Part shown: positions 1 to 8,165 of the stretch, piece after piece | Position numbering within the stretch: the first letter of the stretch is position 1 | Layout: each line of letters begins with the position of its first letter | From: a virus | DNA length: 64,000 nt | Reading direction: 5' to 3' (one strand) | IMG/VR virus record: IMGVR_UViG_3300026118_000002 | Span: 1-64,000 of that record | Made by a program: the position numbers and the translations under genes | The notes under the pieces: model-generated | Told to the model about the DNA's origin: nothing | Databases searched by the model: none | What the model saw: only the letters and a program-made list of their open reading frames with translations

Positions 1-93
1 CGGCGTAGGCGGCGTAGGCGGCGTAGGCGGCGTAGGCGGCGTCGGCGGCGGCGTAGGCGGCGTAGGCGGCGTAGGCGGCGGCGGCGGCGGCGG
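1..93. repeat. Imperfect 9-bp tandem repeat (CGGCGTAGG)n, coding
   Basis: Directly visible; encodes A-Y-A repeats on the minus strand. Confidence 0.95.
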
Positions 94-640
94 CTCGTGC
101 GCTTCGCCAGTCGGAGACCGCAACAGTGATGCCATCTAGTTGTTGCTGATAGAGATCAGCAACATGCTGAATCGCTGTACGCTGTGCGTCCGTTCGCGCG
201 AACTTGATAATGCCGTCCTGCGGATCGGCGAGCAACCATGCCGCGAACTGCGGCCATATACGAGAGAGGTCCGCACCGACCGGGATCGCCTCAGCAAAGC
301 GCGCTGGCCACTGCCGTGCCTGCTCAATCGGCAATCCTTCAAAAATGCCATCCTCAAGACGAGCAAGTAGGCGCGGCACACCGATCAGTTCCTCGTAGGC
401 CGTGTGGCTGTCATAATCGAGATCGCTACGTTTTGTGATGATGCGCAGCGACTCGATCGAGCATCCTATCGCGCATCCACGTCCAAAGCTCTCGAAATGC
501 CAGCCGTTGACATTGTAGACTTGGCCTGCTGTATCGTCGTCCTGATACGAGCCTTGAACGATCTTGTCTTGCTCTTGGTGCCACTTCAGCAAGCGCACGA
601 ACTGTGCTTTCAGTTGCGGATCGTTGTGATAAGCAATCAC
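1..640 (-). CDS. Phage hypothetical protein with C-terminal Ala/Tyr (AAY) repeats, truncated by the window edge; not in the ORF track
   Basis: GTG at 640 preceded by AAGGAG; reads MIAYHNDPQLKAQFV...GCAIGCS...LARLEDGIFEGLP...AAYAAYAA and stays open to position 1. Confidence 0.8.
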   Translation of the reverse strand, partial: MIAYHNDPQLKAQFVRLLKWHQEQDKIVQGSYQDDDTAGQVYNVNGWHFESFGRGCAIGCSIESLRIITKRSDLDYDSHTAYEELIGVPRLLARLEDGIFEGLPIEQARQWPARFAEAIPVGADLSRIWPQFAAWLLADPQDGIIKFARTDAQRTAIQHVADLYQQQLDGITVAVSDWRSARAAAAAAAYAAYAAYAAADAAYAAYAAYAAYA

Positions 641-770
641 TCTTTGTCTCCTTTTATACCCCGAGCCAATTGGTATCTGCGAGGCATACACCCCAAGACA
701 GCACACCTCGCAGATGCCCGTGCGTTCATTGAGATTGACCCGAACTTGGCATCACCCCCTCGTGTCTGCG

Positions 771-1028
771 CTACTCTGACGTATGCCCCAATGGGGCTGG
801 CGGGCGGATCGGGACGCCTAGCCTGTCTGAATAACCTCCACATCCTCGATCAGAAAGATCACTGGACACACCACCGGCAGCGGAGTCTCTGTGCCGGGAT
901 AGAGCGTGAGTTCGACAGACACCCGCTCGTACGGCAGCAACTCGATCACCGGGCCGGTCTTCCCGCTCGGCACCCGCACCACGTCGCCGGGCTTCATAGT
1001 GCCTCTCCGCTGCCGCGATACGGCTCAC
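771..1028 (-). CDS. Hypothetical protein (small-gene region 637-1028, exact frame uncertain)
   Basis: ORF lies in the leftward operon; competing frames exist. Confidence 0.25.
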   Translation of the reverse strand: MSRIAAAERHYEARRRGAGAEREDRPGDRVAAVRAGVCRTHALSRHRDSAAGGVSSDLSDRGCGGYSDRLGVPIRPPAPLGHTSE

Positions 1029-2019
1029 CGAACAGCGTCGTGATACTCATCACGTCATCAGCCAGCGCACCATCATCGCCCCATCCGCTATTCGGGTCGT
1101 CCGACGGGTCGGAGAGGTTCACCGTGTGGCGCTTCCAGTTCTCTGGATCGATCCCCGGATCGCGCATTGTCAGATCACCACCCGCGTTGCGATACGCTTG
1201 CCATGCGTCGTGGTACTCATCGCTATCCGGCGATGCCGTACACAGAAGTAGTCGGTCGTGTGCGACTTGTAGTCCAGGTAGCAGGCAGAGCGCGGGGTCT
1301 GCGGTGGCAAGGAGTCGCTCGTCTGCCGTCATCGCCGCGATCCGCGCCGTCACGTTCGCACTCACCCGCGCGACGATCGCAGCCTCGTCAGGCGGCGCGG
1401 GCCATGTGCGACCCGGCATCGCAGCGAGGATGGCGGCGAGTTCGGCGTCATCCGGCGCGAACAGCAGTTCGAGGAGATCAGGGCAGGACTGGATCGGATG
1501 CGGGGCCTTCTCGCAGGCGGCGCAGACCGAGGGCTTGTCGCTACCCTGCTTCTCTTTTTCGATGCAGTCATGGCAAACGAGTGTGCCTGTTGAGACGGGC
1601 GCACCGCACTTGGAGCAGACCGGGCCTGCGAACTCCGCATCCCAGTCCTCAGCCTGCCAGCGCTCTAGTGTGGCCGAGACATGCGACCGCGCCGCCGCGA
1701 TCTGCTCCATGTTCGTGATCTCGTCGCCAACGACTACCTGCTGCGCGTCGGCCAGCAGTCCAAGCAGCCGCTCACTGGCATCCTCGCGCGTGATGTCACC
1801 GTCAAGCCACTGCTCGACAATGCCGACCGCTGCGTCTTTGAACGACCGCGCGGCGACGAACAGCCGACGCTGGCGCAACTCCGCGCACGCCTCAGCAAGA
1901 GCGAAGAGCGCGTCGAAGTGGCGCAGCACCTTGTCCTGTGTGTGTGTGTGTGTTGGCTGCTGACTGAGGCGAAAAGCGGCACTGTTCAGATTGACGCTGG
2001 CGAAAGGTTGGAGGGTCAT
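994..2019 (-). CDS. Hypothetical early protein with CxxC zinc-binding motifs
   Basis: 341 aa; SD AAGGAG; CSKC, CHDC, CAAC motifs. Confidence 0.7.
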   Translation of the reverse strand: MTLQPFASVNLNSAAFRLSQQPTHTHTQDKVLRHFDALFALAEACAELRQRRLFVAARSFKDAAVGIVEQWLDGDITREDASERLLGLLADAQQVVVGDEITNMEQIAAARSHVSATLERWQAEDWDAEFAGPVCSKCGAPVSTGTLVCHDCIEKEKQGSDKPSVCAACEKAPHPIQSCPDLLELLFAPDDAELAAILAAMPGRTWPAPPDEAAIVARVSANVTARIAAMTADERLLATADPALCLLPGLQVAHDRLLLCTASPDSDEYHDAWQAYRNAGGDLTMRDPGIDPENWKRHTVNLSDPSDDPNSGWGDDGALADDVMSITTLFGEPYRGSGEAL

Positions 2020-2050
2020 GGCGTTGCTCCTTGCTCATTGTGTGTGCTAC

Positions 2051-2422
2051 TTAGGCGATTCTTCCGTACCGAGCGAGCAAATTCGTTTGCTCATCGTCCA
2101 GCCCTTCGTATCCTTGTTCGACAGCCCACTCATCAAAGCGGGTCTGCTTGCCGAAATGACAGTTGTCACAGACACCGCCGATCCCGATGTAGGTCGGCAT
2201 GCTTTCACCAGCTGTCACTACAGTATTGCCGCAGGATTCGCAGTGGAAGTCGAATGAGCAACCGCAAACGCCAGAGTCGGAAGGGCATTCGTGGCGTTCC
2301 CATTGTGCTTTTCTTTGTGCGAACGAGAACGCCTGCCCCTGCATACGCAGCCCGTCAATGCGGTCGTAGTGCTCGTCGTCGGCGGTGCGGGGTGTGAGCG
2401 AGAGGTCGTTGTGGTAGCCCAT
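2051..2422 (-). CDS. Hypothetical Cys-rich protein
   Basis: SD AAGGAG; CESC and CDNC motifs. Confidence 0.7.
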   Translation of the reverse strand: MGYHNDLSLTPRTADDEHYDRIDGLRMQGQAFSFAQRKAQWERHECPSDSGVCGCSFDFHCESCGNTVVTAGESMPTYIGIGGVCDNCHFGKQTRFDEWAVEQGYEGLDDEQTNLLARYGRIA

Positions 2423-2443
2423 GGTCGTTGCTCCTTGTGTGTG

Positions 2444-2674
2444 CTAGTTGGCGGCGACGGGATCGGAGGCTGTGGGGCAGTGTTTTACGGCTAGAGGCAA
2501 AAGGGCATTAGCGGCAGGACCAAGATCGTGCCCGTGTCGCCACTTCCAAAGAGTGACGTGATGAACACCAAGCTGCCGTGCAAGTTCAACCCAGGTGATG
2601 TTTCCGCGCTCCCGTCGCTCTCGTTCAAGGAGGTCGTTAACCAGCTCGGTTGTAGGCTCGGTTGTGGTAATCAT
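2444..2674 (-). CDS. Cro-like XRE HTH regulator
   Basis: TWVELARQLGVHHVTLWKWRHG HTH; divergent from the repressor. Confidence 0.85.
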   Translation of the reverse strand: MITTTEPTTELVNDLLERERRERGNITWVELARQLGVHHVTLWKWRHGHDLGPAANALLPLAVKHCPTASDPVAAN

Positions 2675-2817
2675 GAAATATGCCCCTACGAATTATGCTT
2701 ATAGGCATATTATATGCGTAAGAGCATATTCTGTCAAGAGGGGGATATATCGTGAGAATACGATATAGTCATCGCAATACGTTGCGTATACGCAAACCTT
2801 ATGCTATAGTAGGAGGC
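2675..2817. promoter_or_regulatory. Lysis/lysogeny switch: divergent promoters with palindromic operators
   Basis: Minus strand TTGACA(2737-2732)-17-TATAAT(2714-2709); plus strand TTGCGT(2782)-17-TATAGT(2805); related palindromes TATGCTTATAGGCATA, TATGCGTAAGAGCATA and TTGCGTATACGCAA overlap the promoters. Confidence 0.85.
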
Positions 2818-3246
2818 ATGACAAACATGGCGGTTGCAGCCTATTTCCAGACGTTACGCGACAATCGCCGCGCACCGAATGGAAAGCGCCTGACGCAGGC
2901 GCAGTTGGCGCGAGCGGTAGGTAAGCATCTTCGTCGTAAAGTTGATCAGTCTACCATTAGTAAAATCGAGTCGGGTAAAGAGACTCCTATGGGCGATGTT
3001 ATGGCCGCTATGCTTACTGTGCTTGGTGGTCGTTTAGAGGATGTGTTGCGGTTGGCGGGAAGTGAAGATGCGCCCGACAAGGGAAGGGAATTAGCGCGAG
3101 AAGTACTTGTGGCGGAAATCCCGACTGAGGGTGAACTGGAGCGGCTTATTGCCGATTGGCATGCTGATGAGCAGATGCAGCGTTCTCTTCGCCGGGTATG
3201 GCGCGCTCGCTCTGGTATTCATGCCACCGGCGACGCAAATCAGTAA
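2818..3246 (+). CDS. CI-like XRE HTH repressor; no S24 peptidase domain visible
   Basis: SD AGGAGG before ATG 2818; LTQAQLARAVG...QSTISKIESG. Confidence 0.85.
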   Translation: MTNMAVAAYFQTLRDNRRAPNGKRLTQAQLARAVGKHLRRKVDQSTISKIESGKETPMGDVMAAMLTVLGGRLEDVLRLAGSEDAPDKGRELAREVLVAEIPTEGELERLIADWHADEQMQRSLRRVWRARSGIHATGDANQ

Positions 3247-3427
3247 TAGCCTCATCTGCACCTTGATCTGAGGCAGCCCAGCTTACCATGCAGAACATTG
3301 GCAATGCACCAGTTAGCATGACCACTGCAATAATCCATTCGATCAATCCGCCGGTGCAAGTGAGCGCAACGGCGAAGAACATGATTATGATGCAGTAGGC
3401 CCACTTGACTTTACGGAGTCGTGACAT
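3146..3427 (-). CDS. Small two-TM membrane protein, antisense-overlapping the repressor 3' end
   Basis: AAGGA before ATG 3427; two hydrophobic stretches after a basic N-terminus. Confidence 0.5.
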   Translation of the reverse strand: MSRLRKVKWAYCIIIMFFAVALTCTGGLIEWIIAVVMLTGALPMFCMVSWAASDQGADEAITDLRRRWHEYQSERAIPGEENAASAHQHANRQ

Positions 3428-3497
3428 AGCCAATTCCTTACGAATGGATTGAAACCCTCCGACCACGATTGTCGGCACCATAGCAATGGAGGGATGT

Positions 3498-3926
3498 ATG
3501 GATACCACGACGATTTTTTGTGTTGTTGTTCCGCTCCTCGTCCTTTTCGTCGTTGCTATCGCGCGAATGGGGCGGCAAAACGACACCAGGCGGGCCTTAG
3601 CGGAAGCTCACACCGCCTATCAGGATGCTCTGAAAGCGCTGAAAGCAAATCCAACCGGCTCCGATCTTCGCCAACGGGCGCTTACACTTGGCCGCGCCTA
3701 CGCGAACCTGACGCGCGACAAAAAAGGAGTCACCGTCTATGATGAGATGGCGGTGATGAACGATCTCAGCGCAGCGACGGCGGGTGCGACAACCGCAGTG
3801 ACTCCGCCAGTGGCAACCAGCTCGGTTGAGGATCGGCTGAAGGCACTGGACGCGCTGCGCGCCAAGGGCGTTGTGAGTGAGCAAGAGTTTACAGCACGTC
3901 GGCAGAAGATTCTCGATGAACTGTAG
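3498..3926 (+). CDS. Membrane-anchored SHOCT-domain protein
   Basis: SD GGAGGG; N-terminal TM; C-terminal RLKALDALRAKGVVSEQEFTARRQKIL matches the SHOCT pattern. Confidence 0.85.
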   Translation: MDTTTIFCVVVPLLVLFVVAIARMGRQNDTRRALAEAHTAYQDALKALKANPTGSDLRQRALTLGRAYANLTRDKKGVTVYDEMAVMNDLSAATAGATTAVTPPVATSSVEDRLKALDALRAKGVVSEQEFTARRQKILDEL

Positions 3927-3961
3927 CGGATCAGCAGACATAAGCTACCTTGGGACTATAC

Positions 3962-4261
3962 ATGACCACAGAAAACCCAGCGCCGATGTCGCTGGCTGAC
4001 TATGAGGCAATTAAACGTTGGCTTCGTCAGCAACACCCTGATCTCGCGGATGGTCAATGTGTTCGGTGTCAGCGCGAGGTTCCGCTGTGGGGACTCCGTC
4101 TGGTTCCGCTTCCTGGTCCGAATATCGCGCCGATGCTTGCGGTGGGTTGTCCGCTGTGTGGTCACATACTTCTATTTGATTCATTGAAGGCGGGAGTGCG
4201 TGATGCAATAGGGCTGCCCCGCGATATGAATCTGGATTCAACGGATCGGGATCAGCCATGA
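3962..4261 (+). CDS. Zinc-ribbon protein
   Basis: CVRC and CPLCGH motifs. Confidence 0.6.
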   Translation: MTTENPAPMSLADYEAIKRWLRQQHPDLADGQCVRCQREVPLWGLRLVPLPGPNIAPMLAVGCPLCGHILLFDSLKAGVRDAIGLPRDMNLDSTDRDQP

Positions 4262-4403
4262 AGTGCATTTCGCGGTTTTCATCAAACACAATCAGGTACG
4301 CACCGCACGATCGTGCAGTATTCCAGGCAGCGATAGCGTCTTGTGCGATCTGTCTGATGCGTTGTTCTTGCTGAGGGGTAAGGATGCTTTGTGTAGTATC
4401 CAC
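4011..4403 (-). CDS. Hypothetical protein, convergent and overlapping the zinc-ribbon gene
   Basis: GAAAGG then GTG at about 4403; the N-terminal part looks protein-like. Confidence 0.4.
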   Translation of the reverse strand: MDTTQSILTPQQEQRIRQIAQDAIAAWNTARSCGAYLIVFDENREMHFMADPDPLNPDSYRGAALLHHALPPSMNQIEVCDHTADNPPQASARYSDQEAEPDGVPTAEPRADTEHIDHPRDQGVADEANV

Positions 4404-4427
4404 GTCGGGGCCTTTCACGAGGAAAAC

Positions 4428-4453
4428 AAAAAGACCCGGCGCAATGCCAGGTC
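4428..4453 (-). terminator. Intrinsic terminator
   Basis: GACCTGGC-ATTGC-GCCGGGTC-TTTTT on the minus strand. Confidence 0.75.
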
Positions 4454-4540
4454 GGTCATAGGCTTGGCACATGGGTTGCTGGGAAAATGGTTTTTTCATT
4501 CTATCATATCTGTCAACTACCACCTCTGGTGGTGCAAAGA

Positions 4541-4579
4541 TAGGGAAAACCCTACGGTGTGGTAGGGAAAATCCCTACC
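4541..4579. promoter_or_regulatory. Two tandem palindromic boxes
   Basis: TAGGG-AAAA-CCCTA and GGTAGGGA-AAA-TCCCTACC. Confidence 0.6.
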
Positions 4580-4637
4580 GTGAATCCCTCCGACCACGAT
4601 CGTCGGTGTCGTATCGTTTAGCCAGGAGGGGGATTTC

Positions 4638-5252
4638 ATGCCCGATCGTTATCGTGCTCTGTCGGTCGTTGCAGCACTGCTTCTCGCTTTACTTGTCGTT
4701 GCCTGTGGCGGAACAACCACATCAGGCACAACCATCGTGCCTGCTGCTACCAGCGCACCAGCGACAGGCGGCGCGACTGCGCAGAGCGCGCCAGATGCGA
4801 CCGCCCCTGTTGTAGCAGATACCACCGCAGCGCCAGTAGAGCCGACGGCAGCAACCGCCCAGATCGCCAACGTCGGCGATCGGATAGAGCAGGGCGGTGT
4901 GGCGTTTACGGTCACAAAGGCCGAGCGAAACGACAAGCCAAGTCAGTTCGCGGTTGCCAAAGAGGGCAATACCTTTATCGTCGCCGAAGTGCTGATCGAG
5001 AATGTCAGTTCGGCTGATAAGATCATGTACAATCCGTTCTTCGCTAAGCTGAAGGACGCCGATGGCTTTGAGTATCAGATCGCCTTTGGCGCGGATCAGG
5101 CGCTGAGTAATGGCGAACTGGCGAAAGGCGAGAAGGCGCGCGGAAACCTGTTGTTCGAGGTGAAGAAGACCGCAAAGGGGCTAGTCCTGTCGTATCAGCC
5201 TAATCCATTCGACAGTAACTCGCTTCTGCATGTATCGATCCCTGACGCCTAA
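4638..5252 (+). CDS. DUF4352-like lipoprotein
   Basis: Lipobox VVAC-GG, Thr/Ala/Pro linker, then VGDRIE...KLKDADGFEY...GELAKGEKARGNLLFEV. Confidence 0.85.
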   Translation: MPDRYRALSVVAALLLALLVVACGGTTTSGTTIVPAATSAPATGGATAQSAPDATAPVVADTTAAPVEPTAATAQIANVGDRIEQGGVAFTVTKAERNDKPSQFAVAKEGNTFIVAEVLIENVSSADKIMYNPFFAKLKDADGFEYQIAFGADQALSNGELAKGEKARGNLLFEVKKTAKGLVLSYQPNPFDSNSLLHVSIPDA

Positions 5253-5444
5253 CCGCGTCGGGACATAGCGAAGCCGAGCGACGGCGCGTGTCAGGCACTA
5301 CTCGTCAACGCGCCACGCCCGGCCCGTCACACATCATAGCGTATCTCGTGTCGCCGCGCAAGCGATGACACGAGATACGCTTGACGGCGTTGGTGATCGG
5401 TGGTAGGATAGGCGCATCATCCTCCCCTTCTCACCCAGTTGCTC

Positions 5445-5484
5445 ACACCCCCGCCGTGCTCGATAGCACGGCGGGGGTGTTTTG
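5445..5484 (+). terminator. Intrinsic terminator ending the accessory transcript
   Basis: ACACCCCCGCCGTGCT-CGAT-AGCACGGCGGGGGTGT-TTTG. Confidence 0.85.
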
Positions 5485-5510
5485 TGTGTGTGTGAAAACA
5501 ACGTTATCTG

Positions 5511-5548
5511 ATTGTCATTTGACATGTGGCTATGTAATCGGCTATACT
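5511..5548 (+). promoter_or_regulatory. Sigma70-type promoter of the lysis/late region
   Basis: TTGACA(5519)-18-TATACT(5543); the -35 is embedded in palindrome TGTCA-TT-TGACA. Confidence 0.75.
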
Positions 5549-5642
5549 AGGCGCGAGGCACTACTCAATCGGCGCAAGCCGGGGCGGGTGGTGTCTTTTC
5601 TGATTCCACGCCCGCGACCGGCATTCTGGCGAATGGGTCAGC

Positions 5643-6500
5643 ATGCCACAGCTCACACCACAACTCGATAGCCTCATTTCACTTGATCTCAGCGCCCAGA
5701 TCGCGCAAATCCCACTCCATGCGGGTCATTCCGTTTTGCCCCCGCGCGGTCCCGAGCAGTACATCACGCTCCATTACTCAGGCGTCGATTACTCTGATCG
5801 CTCCCCAGCAGCAGAGAGGGCGCGTATCCTTGAAGAGGCGCGCTATCAGATCAACCATGACTACGGAACCCCCGGCAACCCTGCCTTCCCCGATGGACTC
5901 CTGTACGACATCGTTGTGCTCTCCGAAGGCATTGCTGTGCTCACACGCCGCAAGCGCGTCCAGCTCTGGCACTGTGGCAACGTAGCGGGCAACAAACTAA
6001 GCTGGGCGGTACACCTGATGCTCGGCCCCAACCAAGACGCCACTGACGCGCAGTGGACCATGACGACGCGCGTGTTCGACGCACTCATGGTCGATTGCAG
6101 TATCGCCCGCGTCAACGTGATCGGCCACGGCGAATGGCCGCGCAAGACCGGTCTACCACAGCCCAGCACAGCCTATCGGGTGCTGCCGGGGCAATCCGAG
6201 TGTCCCGGACGTGTGCTGCATGGACGCTTGGCGGCATGGCGGTCAAGTACCCCGCCCATTCCCGCCGCGTCTGACATCTGGGCGCTGTGGGGCAGCCGCT
6301 ATGCGCTCCCTGTCGAGGCGCGCAACAACGGTATCCCAGCCTTCTGGAAGTCCAACACCTGGCTTGGCGAGGCACGTTCAGAGGAAACGTTCCCCGGCGC
6401 GGGTGATGTGAGCGTGTGTGTGTTCCAGTCGGGCTATATTGTGTACGAGAAGGCAACCGGGCATTGCACGGTTCAGCATCTCGAATCGAGGCTGCCGTGA
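5643..6500 (+). CDS. Endolysin, N-acetylmuramoyl-L-alanine amidase (Amidase_2 type)
   Basis: ITLHYS, LWHCG..GN, VIGHGE and ECPG zinc-amidase motifs; C-terminal WLGEARSEE...FQSG binding-like region. Confidence 0.88.
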   Translation: MPQLTPQLDSLISLDLSAQIAQIPLHAGHSVLPPRGPEQYITLHYSGVDYSDRSPAAERARILEEARYQINHDYGTPGNPAFPDGLLYDIVVLSEGIAVLTRRKRVQLWHCGNVAGNKLSWAVHLMLGPNQDATDAQWTMTTRVFDALMVDCSIARVNVIGHGEWPRKTGLPQPSTAYRVLPGQSECPGRVLHGRLAAWRSSTPPIPAASDIWALWGSRYALPVEARNNGIPAFWKSNTWLGEARSEETFPGAGDVSVCVFQSGYIVYEKATGHCTVQHLESRLP

Positions 6501-6706
6501 TGGTCGCATCCGCTACGCTCTACACCGTCGGCGCACTCGGAGCGCCGCTGTATCTCGCGGCGAGGCGCGGGCCGCAAGTCGGGTCACTGTTCCCCGGCGC
6601 GCGGGTGCCCGGTGAGTTGTGTGTCGGCGAGCGCATTCACGATAACGATCGGTGGGTGTGTATGGGGATATTCTACGCCTGGTCAGAGCGGCTGAAGGCA
6701 GCCTGA
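6500..6706 (+). CDS. Small protein, possibly SH3-like
   Basis: ATG overlaps the amidase stop; pattern PLY...VGSLFPGARV...WV...YAWSERL. Confidence 0.45.
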   Translation: MVASATLYTVGALGAPLYLAARRGPQVGSLFPGARVPGELCVGERIHDNDRWVCMGIFYAWSERLKAA

Positions 6707-6782
6707 GACTAAAGGGAAGCGTACCTAGCGGCAGCTCACGACTAACCGCTAGGCACTAAGCCGCATAGCGAGATGCAGCCTA

Positions 6783-7025
6783 ATGAAAAGTATATCACAG
6801 CGCACAATCCAGGCAGAACGCTTAACAACTCGCTTGCGCTACCAGGAGTGGCTAGGCCGACTCTCGCCACACGAGAGCGCCGCTGTCTTTCAAGCCGCCG
6901 ATTGGTTCGCGACGGTCCATGCGCTCGACATGGACGCACTCTATGCCCTGATCGGCGTATTGGAGGCACGACTCGCGCGACACGAGCAACGGATTGTCGT
7001 CTTAGAGCAGGCGCGGGATGCCTGA
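6783..7025 (+). CDS. Hypothetical protein
   Basis: Overlaps the start of the next gene. Confidence 0.6.
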   Translation: MKSISQRTIQAERLTTRLRYQEWLGRLSPHESAAVFQAADWFATVHALDMDALYALIGVLEARLARHEQRIVVLEQARDA

Positions 7026-7518
7026 TTGGAGTGCCATTGTGTTAGCACTGGGGGGGTTGTTAGGCGGCGGCGGCATCGCGGCACTCATTCGTGCGCGCAG
7101 CCAGAATCGCGTTGACGAGCGTGCGCAGCTCACGACCGAGCAGCAGTCGTTTCGTCAGTCGATGGCTGAGCAGATCGCTGGGCTACGGGTACAGCTCACT
7201 GATGGCGCGAAGCGCAACGATGGGCTTGAGCAGGAACTGCGCACGCAGGGCAAAGAGCTTGCCGCGCTTGGCACGAAAAACGAGTATCAGGAGCGCCAAT
7301 TGCATGAGCAGGCTGAGCAGATCGCTGATCTCCGCACGCAGAACGCGACACAAGCTCAGCAGATCGCGGCGTTGACGGAAGAGAAGGCGGTGGTCATTCA
7401 GCGCTTGCAGGCGGAAGTGCTCAAGAATGATTTCCTGACACGCGAGATCAACGAGTTACGCCACGAGGTCTCACGGATGCGAGAGAAGTTACCGGTGCGG
7501 GCAGAGGCAACGCCATGA
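7018..7518 (+). CDS. N-terminal TM plus coiled-coil protein (lysis accessory)
   Basis: WSAIVLALGGLLGGGGIAALI followed by heptad-rich sequence. Confidence 0.75.
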   Translation: MPDWSAIVLALGGLLGGGGIAALIRARSQNRVDERAQLTTEQQSFRQSMAEQIAGLRVQLTDGAKRNDGLEQELRTQGKELAALGTKNEYQERQLHEQAEQIADLRTQNATQAQQIAALTEEKAVVIQRLQAEVLKNDFLTREINELRHEVSRMREKLPVRAEATP

Positions 7519-8084
7519 CCGCAGAGTGGACAGTCGAGACACTCAAAGAACACCTTGACGCGCTGTTCGAGGAGCATAATCACGCGCACACGCGCCAGCA
7601 TGCCGCTGCGGAGGTCGTGACTACTGCCGCGAACGCCGCACACGAGAAGCAGGACGCTCTCAGTAAAGAGCACATCGAAACACGATTCGTTGAGCATGAA
7701 CGACTGACCGCGCAGCGCTTTTCGGCACAAGAGAAGGCAGTTACGGCAGCGTTTTCGGCACAAGAGAAGGCGATTTCGGCAGCCCTCGCCGCCGCAAGCA
7801 CAGCCGTGAGCAAGGCAGAAACCGCCGCTGAAAAACGTTTCGAGGGCGTGAACGAGTTCCGCGCCCAACTCTCCGATCAGCAGCGGACCTTCATACCGCG
7901 TCAAGAGGCCGATGCGGAGTTTCGTGCGATGCGCGAGCGAATCGAAGGACTGACCACGCGACTCGATCGCTCTGAGGGGCGCAGCAGTGGTGTCCATGCC
8001 AGCACCGGAATGATGATAACGATCATCCTGGTTGCCGTCGCTGTGATGGGGTTACTGATCAAGTTCCTGCCGCTTGGTACCTAA
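7515..8084 (+). CDS. Coiled-coil protein with C-terminal TM
   Basis: ATGA coupling; internal 33-bp duplication (FSAQEKA twice); hydrophobic C-terminus. Confidence 0.75.
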   Translation: MTAEWTVETLKEHLDALFEEHNHAHTRQHAAAEVVTTAANAAHEKQDALSKEHIETRFVEHERLTAQRFSAQEKAVTAAFSAQEKAISAALAAASTAVSKAETAAEKRFEGVNEFRAQLSDQQRTFIPRQEADAEFRAMRERIEGLTTRLDRSEGRSSGVHASTGMMITIILVAVAVMGLLIKFLPLGT

Positions 8085-8165
8085 ACAACCGCATATCCCG
8101 CGCGCCCACGCGGCGCGTTGTCTCATACTCACGCGAGCCCGCGCGCTCGCAGGAAGTCACGTCCT

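Noticed and set aside
1-93. CRISPR-like array or origin iterons
   Set aside because: Spacerless 9-bp coding repeat
1937-1953. (TG)n tract as a phase-variation switch
   Set aside because: Short, currently in frame, similar tracts occur elsewhere (e.g. 5483), and there is no evidence of length variation
404-1963. 519-aa plus-strand ORF and similar long antisense ORFs (43843..45105, 30860..31963, 23073..23861)
   Set aside because: Shadow frames of better-supported genes on the opposite strand in GC-rich DNA; no motifs
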